Counted from the whole stretch's first letter, positions 1 through 13,800 are shown. The stretch is 61,277 nt of DNA, filler included, from Globobulimina sp. (GCA_003354225.1; 8 parts of 8 records of this genome joined end to end with filler, not necessarily neighbours in it), one strand, 5' to 3'. Program-made: numbers and translations. Notes: generated by a model not told the origin, from the letters alone.

Positions 1-1320
1 AAGTTGATTGCTGCAAATTAACAACCGGAATGTTGATTATAAGGTAACATTAACCTTTGATTCGAGCTTATCACATAATTTAATTGTGTTTAATAAAAGT
101 ATAGAGTATAAACTAAACAGTGATAGTGATACACTAATCATCATGATGTGCACAACGTTTTATTTCAGAGAAAGTTGCAAACTTTATGCTGTGAGTTGCT
201 AAAAAAAGTAACTTTCCAACAAGCGAAAATCGCTAAACATGACACTGAACGCATAGAGTGGCAAAATACATTGCTTTCCATGGAAAAGGAGAAAGATTTA
301 TATATCACCAATTTGAACATTGTGCAGCGCAGTTTGCGGATCAAAAGCAATCAATTCAACGAACAGAATGATGGCACAGAAGGTTCTGCGGAGATCGCGT
401 TGCGGAAAAAAGCGCCAAATATAAGCTCGTTGGTGAAGCAGTGGAACGATATAAAGTTGGACGTACACTTGAGACTATGGGTATATTTGTGCGATGAGTT
501 GATGCTTTGGTTCGGAGAGGACGCGAATAAACGGTCCCGCACTGCATTCGAGATATTGTTCCATATTGTTATGCATTGTTACGCTGAGATGGTGCGTCAG
601 GAACAGATTTTGGGCGATTTTGAAGAGGATGCGGTGGAGGAAGAGAAGGAGATTACCAGTCACGATATTTTGTGTAATATGGATATATGTTTTGATAATA
701 ATGAGACTATGCATATGGCGGACGGAGCGAGCGAGAAACGCATTTATTGGAAATTCTGTCATCGCATTGTTGACACTGTGATTGTCAATGCGCTGCGAGA
801 TAAGAAATCGAAATGGAGTAAATTCGATGTGTTGGGTAAGAAGGACATTGCGTTTGCGTTGAATGATTTTATTTGTGAGTGTTGTAGAATTATTTGGTGT
901 TTGTTGTGTTTGTCGAAGGATAGTTACAAATATATATTATATCCAACGCAATTTGAGAAAGTTGGGAAAAGGAAGAAAATGAAAATGAGTTCGAGTGATA
1001 TGGAGTTTGGGATTGATAATTACGGCGATTTTGACGAAATTGAGATGAATGAGGAGTGTGTTGTGGAGAGCGCGAAATCGATAAGTATCGATAAGATGGA
1101 TGTTTATGATGAGAGACTACATAAAAAAGAAATGGGTTCGGCCAATAATGAGAAACATATTGAATATTGTTCGTGGCCAAGTATTGTCAAAGCATATCCG
1201 GATAATAATCAAGAGTCGTCGGGTTCGACTTTATTTGCTAGATTGACTAATAACGATATCAACTCAAAGGAAGAAGATCATCAATTTTTAACTCGTGCTT
1301 TTGTATTTTGTTGTCTTTAA
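1..1320 (+). CDS. 5'-partial coiled-coil protein with possible Mieap-like C-terminal domain
   Basis: ORF 148-1320, probably entered through an intron (gtaac at ~44, tttcag at ~168). C-terminal pattern FICECCRIIW...YDERLH...GS...IEYCSWPSIV...LTRAFV resembles the Mieap C-terminal domain by eye. Confidence 0.45.
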
Positions 1321-1494
1321 TTAATAATCGTATTCGTAGTATGTATAAACAAAAACGAACATCTTTGCAAATTACTGGTATTCCGACAGTGTTAAAATTT
1401 ATGGGAATGCACGATTTTATTTTTTGTTCTATGCATGATATTTGAGCAAAATTGAGTTAAATATAAAATTTGTTTTTACATAAATGATGATTAA

Positions 1495-1809
1495 TTATGT
1501 TTCTTCTAAGTCAGATAAATCATTTTTTGTGGACACACTATCATAATTCAAATATTCTTTAGATTCTTTTTTTTGAATACAACAATACCAAATTACAGAC
1601 ATTGTGGTTACAATGAGTAACAATAAAATTATCATTAAAAGAATAACTGTGACCACTTGCATCACACGATCTAAAAACAATGATCCTGTGTCTTGATTCA
1701 AATTTATTTTTACCGGCTTATCCGATGTTATCCCACCATCACCGTTTATTTTGTATGTATATTGTAGAAACATTGATAACCATACTATAGCTAAGCAGAG
1801 GGACTTCAT
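1495..1809 (-). CDS. Small single-pass membrane protein with signal peptide
   Basis: 104-aa ORF with hydrophobic N-terminus, long TM segment (VVTVILLMIILLLLIVTTMSVIWYCC) and a basic then acidic tail. Confidence 0.6.
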   Translation of the reverse strand: MKSLCLAIVWLSMFLQYTYKINGDGGITSDKPVKINLNQDTGSLFLDRVMQVVTVILLMIILLLLIVTTMSVIWYCCIQKKESKEYLNYDSVSTKNDLSDLEET

Positions 1810-2037
1810 CCAGAACTATGCTTAGTATGCTACGTGCAAGGACTCTGTAAAAGTTTTTGTTCGCAATGAAAGATTAGCAGTTGGCTGCAGATCAGCAGTT
1901 GAGATGACCAACAAATAGCAATTTACTGTTTGGACTTTCTAATCATGTTTTAATCTAAAAATCGGCTACATCAACAATAAAAATTATAAAAAACTACATA
2001 CAAATATTAATTCAGAGTCAAAGCAAGATTGCACACA

Positions 2038-2821
2038 TTATAATAGTATGCATTCATCCTTTGAGAAACATTGAACATGATCCGGTACATCGCCCATTAC
2101 CGATCTTACCGCTTCATCAAATACATAGTTTAAACCTTCTTGGGTCAGAGCACTACATTCAACATAACCTTTTGCTCCTACACTTCTGGCTAATTCTGAT
2201 TAGTTATAATTTTTAAAAAGTTGTCTTTACCCAACAGCGAAAAACGTAAAATACAAACAAACCAGCTCCCATTTCCATTGATACGGACTCGTTTTTATTT
2301 GTAAATGTTTCATCATTTCGCAGGTCTGCCTTTGTACCAACCACTAAAAACGGCGCAGAAGGAACCTAATATAACAATTTATAACCAAACTTAAAATGTA
2401 AATTAAACAAATACATAAACACATAAAGACATACGTGGTACTTGATTCTGATGATAGATACACAATAAATTAATACGCGTGCAATTGAAATTTATAACAA
2501 ATATTAAACATGAATGTCATACTCTGGAATCCATTTTGTTTGTACATTCTCAAATGAAGTCTTAGAAACAACGGAAAAACAAACCAAAAACACGTCGGTT
2601 CGTATGTACGACAGCGGACGCAATCGATCATAATCGTCTTGTCCTGCCGTATCCCATAGCCCTAATTGATATGCTTACCCATCCACCATAACAGAGGCGG
2701 AATAGCTATCAAATATTGTTGCAATATATTCACCAGGAAATGAGTTGGTTGAATAGGAAATTAATAAACACGTTTTCCCAACAGCTCCGTCACCAACCAC
2801 CACACATTTAATGTTTTGCAT
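2038..2821 (-). pseudogene. Rac: Rac/Rho-family GTPase, 4 exons, with one in-frame TAA (missed by ORF track)
   Basis: Manual translation: exons 2821-2523, 2447-2435, 2365-2263, 2195-2038 (573 nt) give [17 protein letters not shown]...[26 protein letters not shown]...TKAD...ECSAL...CILL*. All introns GT-AG; TAA at 2675-2677. Confidence 0.85.
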
Positions 2822-2928
2822 GCTTCTTTTGTTTGCTTGATATTGGAAACTGTGGTTTCTGATCGCATTTAATTCATGAACCTAACCGTTTTAATAGCTT
2901 GGAACTTAATCTTTTCAACATTTCCAGC

Positions 2929-4267
2929 ATGTCGTCGTCATCAAACGTACTTGCCAAATGCAAACGAGCCTGCATCGTTGGATATTGTACAAGATGCGTG
3001 TACGGTCTTTATCTTGTCTTACGCTCGAAATCTAAATCAAAATCTACACGCAATACATCAATATCAAAATTAAAAGAGATATTTCTTACACGCAGTCATT
3101 ATCAGTTTGCAAGCTGCATTGGTTTAGCAACAGTAACATACATTTGGATCACTAATTTTTTGCTCAAAAAGCAAATATCTGATACAACTGCGAAAAAAGC
3201 AGAGTTGAAAATTAGAGTGTTGGCAATAACGATAGCAATGGTATGGTTCAAAGCATTACCAAAAGAATTTCGTGAAATGGTTGTATTGCATTTATTTGTT
3301 CGTGCAATATATGATTTAATTAAATTGTTGAAATATGACGATGAATATGCTGTATTCCCACGTATTCCAAACGATGAAATGTATATTGGGGCAGCGATAT
3401 TTACTGTCATTGGCTATGCCATTTATCATAATCCGTGGATATTTGACCAAAGTTTTTATAAATTTATATTGAAATGGGGATCAAATTCACATCAACAAAT
3501 CGGAAATGTATTCAGGTCAAAAAAAGATCCATTCTCTTCCGTTAAGTACTTATTTTACAAAAATGGAATTGATGATAACATGAAAACAATCATAGGTTCG
3601 GTTGAACGGCGAACAATTTGTCGAATGTATACCAGAATGGCATTCAGATCCATCTTGTTTTAGATTCCATGTTAAAAATATCGGGAGAGATTTCTTACGC
3701 AGCAATGGAATGTATGCTTTTGTTCATTTATCCTCGTTGTTGGTATCCAGAAACTTTTGGAAATTGTGTTGGAATGCAGTACGTTCCATTTTTATTGACA
3801 ATGATAATGGCGAATGTGCAGAGGATAAGATAACATTATTGAAATTAGTAAAGCGTAAATTGATAGCAATTACAAGATCAAGTATGTTTTTTGCGGGTTT
3901 TCAACATTTTAGTAAGTTGCTGCAATGTTATTGGAGGCATTATATATTGCGAGGCGATCCAATATGGAGTACATTGGGATGCGTATATATTGGAAGTTTA
4001 TTAGCTGAATGTTTTGAAACACCACAGAGGAGAATACAATATTCATTGTATGTCTCTACACACATTATTAGGATGATTGGCAATGTGATACAATTAAAAT
4101 ATGGGGATATTATTGATGCAAATAAAAAATTGAGATGGATTTATGAGTGGTGGACTATCATTGTGTTTCAAATCACTTTTGGTATTTGGTGTTTTATCAA
4201 AGCTATCGGAAAAAATGAACGATTTTGTGGTAAATGGAGTTTAGCTGCAATGAATACTATACTGTGA
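2929..4267 (+). CDS. TMEM135: TMEM135-like membrane protein, 2 exons
   Basis: Two ORFs joined in frame by phase-0 intron 3541-3595 (gttaag...catag). Motifs LHLFVRA, C-x4-H-x4-C, RSSMFF and FETPQRRIQYSLY fit the TMEM135 family. Confidence 0.7.
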
Positions 4268-4567
4268 TAATAAATGTTATCAATAACTTTGTGCGTTGAC
4301 TCTCTACTCACAGACAAAAATAGATACACAAAACAGTTATTTACGAAACACATGACGGTTCAAAACATGTTTTATAAATTGCCCCAAAAGTCAAAACACC
4401 TGTTTTGTTATCTTTAAAAAATATAAAAAATTTCCAGTTCTTCCCTCTACTTTACTATAGAACCCATACCCTCGCTCTCGAAATCTTCACAGTGTCTAAT
4501 TGATGTAATTATATGTGTTTGGTTTATTCATTGTGAAAAGTTAAATCAAGATGCACAAGTTGGTATA

Positions 4568-7500
4568 TTGGAAAGCAGTGCAAAGAAATATAAACTCAAA
4601 GCTGATTTAGAACAAATAATATCACGTCAAAATGATAATTTAATCACTGTTCGACAAACCCACAAATATCATTATGAAATAGATTACGAAAATGATACAA
4701 AACGATTAAATTCCACGAAACAAATAAATTCTACAAAACAATCAAGAAGTACAAATTCTAAATTTAAACATAATGCCAATACTAACACTGCCCTCATACC
4801 TATTTATCTACAAATTAATGACACTATAAACATTATATTGCATCGCATCGCCCTCACAATGAAAAAGCAGACACAGCTGACCTTCCCCACCATTAATAAC
4901 TGCATCGTACTCAGAGTAATATGGCTTATCATACACACAACATGGACATCTGTCACACATCTTGGAAAGGCAGATGTCTTTGTCTCTATGAAAAGATACA
5001 TTTATATTGAAATTGATTGTGAAATTATCTTACTTTTCTATTTAATTTATCTTTCTCCACTATTTAATCTCTCCCACACTATTAATAATATCGACTGTGA
5101 TATAACTCATTATGAGATACGACGAAACCACACCAAACAAATATGTACATTCATGTTACACCCACTGAGCTTAAAAAACACTCTTTTCATCAAACAATCT
5201 AAAACTACTCCTTTCTCGCATTTCTTTCCTAATCACTTTCTAACACAAATTTCCCAACACACCAATCCCCAAAATCCATCCAATTTTAGATGGCATCACA
5301 AACAGATGAAAAAACAGGTGCATACAAATAATATAACAAAAAATCAATATACTAATAATAGAAACAAATATATAGATGATTTCAGTTCATACACCTTTGG
5401 TGATGACGAAGCATCGCCACTCCCTTTCCCCACGCAGCAAAAACAAAAAAATCCCCCAAAAAAACAACCAAAAAAGAACCCAAACAAACGAACGCACAAA
5501 GAATCAAAACAGCCGGATGATGCAACCAATCCCCAAAACAAATCTGTCCGACATTTTTCTATCCAGAATCCATCGAAATATACGCCTCAATTGCAATATA
5601 TTAGCGGCATACAGAGCGTCCCGGATAAAGCTGAATCGGTCACCATCAAATGTATCACCAGAAAAGTTAAGCAGAAGATATTGACGTTCAGAGCATTCAA
5701 TGCGTTAAATTTGGTGTTTGATCAAACCCAATTAACGTATAAGGCACCCGCACCATTAACGAACTCCATTACAATCTCCAGCCAAATCGCAAGAAACAAG
5801 AAATTGATCATAAAATTTGAGAATTACCAAGCGCAGAATGCCAATAAATGGGTGGAGAGAGCGACCAAATATCATCAATTAATATCATTAGTGGTGTCGC
5901 CGCGCGTCATCTTCGACAAAGTATATTTTAATGATAGAATGAGAGACTCGCTATGGATACGTAAAGGAAATGATTTTATCGCCGGCTTAGCCAATGCAGA
6001 GATTGGCAAAACAAGACAGCAATTACAACCACGAATGCCTCCAATAACCGCACATTTTAGATCTACTGCGTATAATCACATTAATTATCCTGCCGCATTT
6101 TATAACTCGCTGAGCGCCATTGAAGGAAACATGGATGGCATATTAGCGTATATTGGACCAATCCATGGCGATGCCAGTAAAACGGGCACAGGATACTACT
6201 TTGAATCCATTGACCAAGCATTATTGCGTTACATTACCGATGTTGTTGGGAAGCCGTTACCGCTGAAATACGACGTAAAAATACATGGTCAGCCGCTAAG
6301 TATACGAATACAAAAAGATCGCCCCCGATATCACAAAGCAGCGTACCTTGCTACCTCTAATGGCATCAATGCGTTGGCGTTTGGCACAAAAAAGAGCGGC
6401 ACCCATATGTGGTTAAAAAATAAATTTCATTTATATTTCAATATGGCCGTCTTCGACATGTTTGACATTAATAACCGATACGCCATGACCACCATTGATA
6501 TGTCGTACATGTGGGACCGTTTAGGATTTTTGATTACCGATCAAAAATTAAAGAAATTTAATCTGCGCCGACCGGGATTAGAAACCATCAGATCATGGCT
6601 TTGCACAATGCAGAATTCGTTGGTAAATGGCCATTTATTGTCTTGTTATATTCTCTCCCCGTTTTTGTTTAAAAATGAAGTGGAATACGCATTGAGCAAA
6701 CTGTGTCCGCCAATAACTGATTTGCACGTTATTGGATATCCGCATCCTCATCAAACCCATTCAAACCATCACACATTCAAATTCTCGACAGAAAATACGC
6801 CACAATACTTGCTAACGGGTGTACCGTTGGAGGATCTCACCGATGAAAACAAACCAGCGTCCAATCTCATATTATCGTGCAACACGGTGGTGATCAATGG
6901 AATGGTTGCAAACATCCTTGAAACCTATTTTGATGACGTCGTCGAAGAGATGACAATGAGTATTAACCGCCAAACGAACTGTTATTACTGTCCGTCGATT
7001 TTCTGCGCAAATCCAGGCAAATGCGACCGATTCGATATGAAATTGGATGATGCGAAACAAGCAAAACAAAACGAGCAAGGAACTCTCGGACAAGATCCTG
7101 AGTAATATGTCCAGAGCGCCGATCATATCCAAATGTGGCCATTTAAAGAGCAAATGTAGCGGATGTCATTCGATACGGCCCCAACTTGAAGATGGTTATA
7201 AAGGCGTCCCCTTCAATGGAAATGCGCCAAACGAGCAAACCCTATCATTGTATTACCATTCTTTTGCCATTGCATCAATACAGGAATTAGCCATCAATAA
7301 TGAATCGGTGAAATGGGACGAGATGTCCACAATGGACCAATTGGCATTTACATTGAACAAAAAAGTTAAACATGCGCTCAAAGATAACGATATTGCCCAT
7401 CTTTTATTTAATAAAGTATTAAATGTGGAAAATAACAAATTGCGATTAGATCATAATGCATTGGCGATATTGATTGCGAAACAAAACGAAGGGTCTGGCC

Positions 7501-7602
7501 TGTCCTCAAAATACCAAGTCACAAAAGAATACAGTGTGTTTAGCCAGAGTCCCAATGATAATACGAACAACAGCACAAACACCACTAACCCCACTAATTC
7601 TC
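4568..7602 (+). mobile_element. Long intronless ORF with Cys clusters, split by a frameshift; possibly ORF1 of a non-LTR retrotransposon (3'-truncated by contig end)
   Basis: ORFs 4568-7105 and 7047-7602 overlap in adjacent frames. A/C-rich sense strand, basic disordered segment, CYYCPSIFCANPGKC and CGHLKSKCSGCH clusters. No RT is visible, so the call is tentative; the true start may be the ATG near 5306. Confidence 0.3.
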
Positions 7603-7702
7603 NNNNNNNNNNNNNNNNNNNNNNNNNNNNNNNNNNNNNNNNNNNNTTAATTAATTAANNNNNNNNNNNNNNNNNNNNNNNNNNNNNNNNNNNNNNNNNN
7701 NN
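7603..7702. other. Artificial contig linker (first of seven; others at 15299-15398, 22989-23088, 30675-30774, 38345-38444, 46014-46113, 53650-53749)
   Basis: Each is 44 N + TTAATTAATTAA (stops in all six frames) + 44 N; the intervening contigs decrease monotonically in length. Confidence 0.98.
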
Positions 7703-7785
7703 GTACCCGTTTTTCTTTCATACTTTCTTAAAGTTTTGAAGAAGGAATACAATTTTCTTTCAAAGTTAATTTTTTCGACATCAGA

Positions 7786-8286
7786 ATGGCCAAACCTGAA
7801 CCAATAATAAGTCTCCAACACGTCATTGATGAATCTGACAATGATGAAAGTGAATTGGAGGTAGACGAAGGAGTGGCAACAAGACGAAGAAAGCAGTTTG
7901 CTCGTATATGCAAGACCTCGTGTTGCTCTATAATCTCCATTATGATGATTGGTGTTATCGTAAGTGGTCTGTGGTATGGTGCATATGATCCATATGAAAT
8001 AAACACAACAGGAACAACTAATTCAATCGGTATATGTAATAAGAATCAAAATAATGGTTATTGCGAATGCATATCACGTGATCACGATTCTGACAATGTG
8101 TATTATTCATGGAAAGTGGTAGACGATTGTAATGGCAATATGCCATGTGATCTGTATGAAATATTTGACACTCATCAACATATTTTTACTGATCAATACA
8201 CATTTGAAATTGGAAATGTATACTCATGTGACACAAATGATCAATGCACCGCAATATATGTAAACACAGAAGCTGATACTATTTAA
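7786..8286 (+). CDS. Type II single-pass membrane protein with Cys-rich ectodomain
   Basis: 166-aa ORF: acidic/basic N-terminus, TM (IISIMMIGVIVSGLWYG), Cys-rich C-terminus. Confidence 0.65.
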   Translation: MAKPEPIISLQHVIDESDNDESELEVDEGVATRRRKQFARICKTSCCSIISIMMIGVIVSGLWYGAYDPYEINTTGTTNSIGICNKNQNNGYCECISRDHDSDNVYYSWKVVDDCNGNMPCDLYEIFDTHQHIFTDQYTFEIGNVYSCDTNDQCTAIYVNTEADTI

Positions 8287-8546
8287 TTTGCACATTGCAC
8301 TGTATACGGTGTTTCTGTATTTTGTTTGAATTTGCATGGGCATTATGTGATTTGCCCTGTCATAACTGAGTGTTTTTTGGTTTGATTTGATTTGATTGTT
8401 TGTGGTTTCATTAAACAAAAACTGCGCGAATGCATTTATTAGTTTTACCATAACTATTTGTGCAATTTAACACAAGTCAAGTTTATAAACAATATTATTG
8501 GTTGCATTGAAACAAAGAGATAAGTTCGAGAGTCAGCAGCTCAATA

Positions 8547-10013
8547 TTAGATAGAGCGTGTGTCTGCAGCTTCTGATGTTCCATCCGATGATTCCTCACT
8601 TGAATCATATTCAACATCACTATTACTCCAATTCTCATTCAACAAACTATCCAAATTCTCATCAATAAATAAATACTGCTCATCCAATTGTTTTGCTTTC
8701 CTCTCCAATGAATCATGATATCTCTCACTAAATACCTCAATATAATAATTTGCGCCTTGCCAGATCGAGCATAAAATCGCAAAACACATTACAAATAATT
8801 GTATATATTTATATTTAAACAGCAACGCAGTGGGCAATATAGTCAGCTATTTACACACAAACAAAAACACAAACACACAGTGCGAGGATCACATAAAAAC
8901 ACAAAAAGAAACATACCGCAAAATAAACCAAATTCAACCCAACAAAAATAACTTTCGTTTTCAATGAATTACTATCAAAATCATCCTCATTCCGCAAAAT
9001 ACCCAATTTCACGCAAGCATTTTTGGCAATTTTATAACTAAAATTTTTCTATCCCTCGCCAACCATCGAAACGACGTCTCGACATCGACATTTTCATCCA
9101 AATACGACTTGGAAACCACTTCGGTTTTGAATAAATAGGCAAACTGCCACGCCGCGTACATGAGAGTTGGGTAAAACAGCCATGCCGGGACACTTAACTC
9201 CGTGCTCTGAATCCGCACTCTGTCGTAGATAGACAACCAACGGTGGCAATACGTATAAAATGGCGGGAACGCGTGAATGAATAACGACGTCATCTTATCC
9301 ACACTATGCAACACCATGCTATTCCGCCACACCATGATGGCGAACAAAACCGGGCCATTACTGATCACAAACAACGCCTCAAACAGCCAGGTACTGTTCG
9401 GGAAAAAGAAAATATGCGAAATGGCCACAAAGTTGACAAAATAACAGAAGTCGAACATGAAAAAATGATATTTTTTGTCCTTATAATCGATAAATCGCGC
9501 AATCATTAATGGCACCAACATGCAGGCATAAAAATACTTAAATTGCGCTGGGTATAACAACAGAAACAGCTCAGATAAGAGCAGGGTTATTAAGGATAAG
9601 GTAAATGACATTTTGTCGATGAATTTTATTTGCGGCGGTTCTTTGATGTGGCGGCGAATGGATCGGTTCACGTTGCCGGTGATAGCGCGGCGTAATGATT
9701 TTTGAACATTGATGCGAAATTTTAAGGTTTTGGCCTTGAACTTGTCAGAGTATAAATTCTGTCTGGTTTTCAGTAATTTCATCAATTTTTTACGTTCATC
9801 GTCCACTTTGGATTTTAATTTGGAGGCTTGCGATTTGAGAGGGATTTCGCCATCGATCAGGGCTTCAAAAGTCGCCACTAGTTCGTCAAACTGTTGTTTT
9901 ACGGAAGTGGTTAGAGAGTTAGAACGTGTACGGGATCGACCATTCCGACGACGTTTGAGTAATGGTTCATTGTGGTTTGTGCGCTTGGTTTGGAAGCTTT
10001 CGTTGTTGCTCAT
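8547..10013 (-). CDS. GPC1: Glycerophosphocholine acyltransferase Gpc1-like (DUF2838), apparent 1-nt frameshift
   Basis: Motifs FDFCYFVN, NGPV...WRNSMVLHSVDKMTSLFIH and WQGANYYIEVF. Frame shifts at ~9046 into NFSYKIAKNAC...KTKVIF, then an intron (gtatgt at ~8915, atag at ~8845) leads to the last exon. Confidence 0.8.
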
Positions 10014-10855
10014 TTGGAATTTAAATTTAAAGTTTGCTGACAGGATGTGGTATATCGTTAAACTAAAAGGTGTCCATGCTTAAGTTTACTTGACTAAGTA
10101 TAATGATTTATATTTATAAATATATCATAATTCACAGCTGTTTGTTGTTATTATTCTTGTTTCTGATTCATTCCAGTTGTTGGTTGATACTTTGTATGCA
10201 GAACTACAACCTTGTAAGGAGATGGCAGGATTGCAAAAAGATTACAAGATTACAAGATTGCAAGAAGCTTACAAAAAGATTACTATTTAGTATTCTTGCT
10301 GAAACAATGGAACCAATGCGAACAATATATGTGAAAGATTATATTGGCTGCGTGTACACATTTAAATTAAATGTTGCAATGACTAACGATCAGAATGGTT
10401 ATGATATATTACATCGTTAATTAAGTACAGTATCGACGCAAAATCGCAAATATATATACACAGATAAAAAACATGAGAAATCGCAACGTGTACAATCCGC
10501 ACATGTCTCCGATTCCTTATACACCCAATCATGGCGCACAAACTCCCACAGCCAAGAAGAAGAAAAGAAACGTATAGTATTATTAAAATCATTTGTAGTG
10601 AGTTTAATGTGTGATTCGTCATTAAAATTTATGATGATGAAGAAACTTTTATTCCTCATTAGTTTATGTTTATTCGCAACACGTTGAGTCAATACATATT
10701 ATTTTCACACGACTTTCTCCCCACATTTATTCAGTATAAACCAGTTAAAATATGAATAAATGTATTCAATATAAACCAATTTTGTTTTTTGCGTAAATCC
10801 GGTGAGACAGTCGTGTGTTTTTATTGTGGTGACTAACAAATAATAATATAACCAG

Positions 10856-13800
10856 AAACAAATGGTTTACAGTCGATATATAATCCATTATCAAGCACTG
10901 TATCCTGCGGAGAAAATGATGATTGCAATGTCATCTGTAACGGCACAAATATTTGTCAATCAAAAGAATTCATATTTAATAGCAGTAATAATGTGATTAC
11001 CATGACTTGCCTCGGTGCCTCTGCCTGTGCCTCAGCCACAATCACATCCAGAAACCATTCATATTTATCATTATCCATTCATCGCTTAGCTGCACCAAAA
11101 ATAGCAGTCACTATTCATAACGATGGGAATGGTGTTTCTGACATTAAATGCTTAGATTATAAGTCATGTGAATTTGGAATATTTAATTTCCATTCAAATT
11201 ACGGTGATATGACCTCGATCGATTGTGGTGATTATTCGTGTTATTTTACAATAATAAATGTATATAATTCTGATTTTATAATGAATAATTCTTATCATGC
11301 CTTTAAATATGCTTCGTTATTAATTGAGAATGCTGCAAATCAATGGGCCCAGATCCTATGCAGTGAGGCTAATTCGTGCCAGTCCACTTTGTTGCGTTTC
11401 AATGGGGGAATAGTTTCTGTCTCTTGTGTTATGGGCAATGGATGTTATAGAACCTATGTTGATGCAATCCAGAGTGACGAATTTAGTTTGCAATGTTTGG
11501 GTTATTGTAACACAATGATCGTATATTTACCGTTAAAGCCCAATGTCTCAACTATCAATGTCACATCTTCTACAACATCAGAAACATGGTTTTATTTATT
11601 GAATTCAAATAATATTCCAAATTTTCATTGTTTTGATGGATTAGAATGTGATTCCAATTATATATTAGTATATGGCGCATCGTTAGGAATGGAATGTACC
11701 TTATTTGTAAATTGTTCATTTCCGGTTTATGATAATATCAGTTCTATTACCAACAAGTTAATATATTTTGATGAATCGTATGTCAATCTGAATCTGAATA
11801 TGAGTAATATTAGTATTGCAATAAAAACGTTAGTATACATATTGCCTTATTTACTGGATAATACACAGCGTAATACTCAAACATTGGTAACTCCATCCAA
11901 TGCAAATGTAACTGTACTATGCATATATTGTTATGGGATTGTTTTTGACTTTGCTCAATCTTCAAATGCTGTGATGATTCCAGGGAAAACATATCAAGAT
12001 TGCGGTTTGTGTTTATAGTGTTTTTAATTTGTTTCAAATACATTATTTTTATATATATCAAAAGATTTGTATGGCGCTCAAGATTCGTTTACGTTGACCC
12101 AAAAAGGAGTAATAATCGATACAACAAATACATTCAGTTCCGAGTGGAAACAACAAAATAACTATTATTTGGAAACAACAAATGCATTCAATGTCGAGTG
12201 TGGATTACAAACAGTGCAATGTTTAAGTAATAGTCAAATATATCTTTCATCAAATTTTGTAAACATTGATTGTACCGGAAAACAAACTGATTGTTATTCA
12301 TCAGATATTTACACAACGTCAAATTCTTTTGACTTTGCCTTCAGATCATTGTGGAATATCCAATGTAACTCTAATCATCAAATTTGTGCAAATTTATTCA
12401 TCCATTTTAATGATGTAAGTTGTAGATATAATGATAGTTTTCCATGCTTGCAATACATGAAAACATCCGATCCAACATCACCATCATACCGACCCACAAC
12501 CACCGATCCAACATCATACCCACCCACAACCACCGAGGCAACCACTCATCCAACAAACTATCCGACATCAAACCGAACCGATGATCCGACATCAGATCCA
12601 ACCCATCATCCAACAAAAGATCCATCTGTGGTTCCAACGCAACGCCCATCATTTTCTCCGAGCAGATATCCGACTGCGTCGAGAGAATATGATTCATTTT
12701 TCATCATAACATATTTAATTAACGATTTAGAAAGCCAATACATTGAAATATTGGTTAATAATGCATTGGATGTCAGTAATGATATAACTGAGATCATTGA
12801 AATATCATATTTTGAATCAAGCACACTAAAGTTTCGATTTTTTTGGTTACAAATTGAATATATATTAGGCATTCCCGTACAAGATATTAATCGCGATGTT
12901 GAGCCATTATTTCTCAATGCAAACCAAGAGATATCCATAAAAAGTAAGATTAAGTGCGATGTTATGGCTTGTCAGGTATTAGCAGACACGAATTATAATT
13001 TAAAAGATGAATTTGAAGCAATCACCCAAAGTAAATTAAGGCAGTATTTTGCTACATATGGTCTGAATTTAAATTCGCAAAATGCAGCAGCAGCACAAGA
13101 ATCCTCTCAATTAATATTTGAAATTGAAAGTGTTGGGGTTATCATGGAAGCGATATATCCGTCCAAAGCACTCACAATTTCACAAATAATGTCAAATAAT
13201 AAATTATTGCTTGTCTTGGTTGTTGTTATGTTGATGAGTATAATCATTTCATTTTTAGCATTTCTTCATTCCAATGGAGTATGTTGTGTTGCATGGGCAC
13301 TCCCAATGGATGGCACATTGTGGTTTGCGTTGATTATATATGTCTTACAATGGATGCTTTTTGTAGCTGATATTAATTTATGTGTTGAACTGGCATTGCA
13401 TGAATCAGTCGCAACTGATATGAGGATTACATTTTGTTTGGTTTCGTGTATTGTATTTATAGCAATTCCATATGCAACAAATCTATACTTTGCAGGGTGT
13501 GTTTCAACAATGATTCCAAACAAAAATCTTAATGCCATCGCATTCTTTAAAGGAAACACTTTCTTTTTTATGACGTTGATGGTAATTTGTGGCGGTTGTT
13601 ATCCTGTAATATTTTTGCTGTCGTCGAGTATATTTGGTTTACAATCTTTTAATTCAGGTTTAACAAATCACGAATTACGACAAATGAATCATATTAAGTT
13701 GGTGGCAACTGTTGCTTTGCAGAATATTCCTCAAATTATTGTGCAATGTGTTTATTCTGCCACCATTCAGTCCATTTCAGCAAACACAGCATTTGCATTC

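Noticed and set aside
10225-10285. Short caagatt(a/g) repeats as a CRISPR-like array
   Set aside because: Degenerate ~8-nt microrepeats without unique spacers or cas genes, in a eukaryotic context.
10308-10700. Ubiquitin-like start MRTIYVKDYIGCVYTF
   Set aside because: Similarity is limited to ~16 residues and I could not build a consistent gene model.
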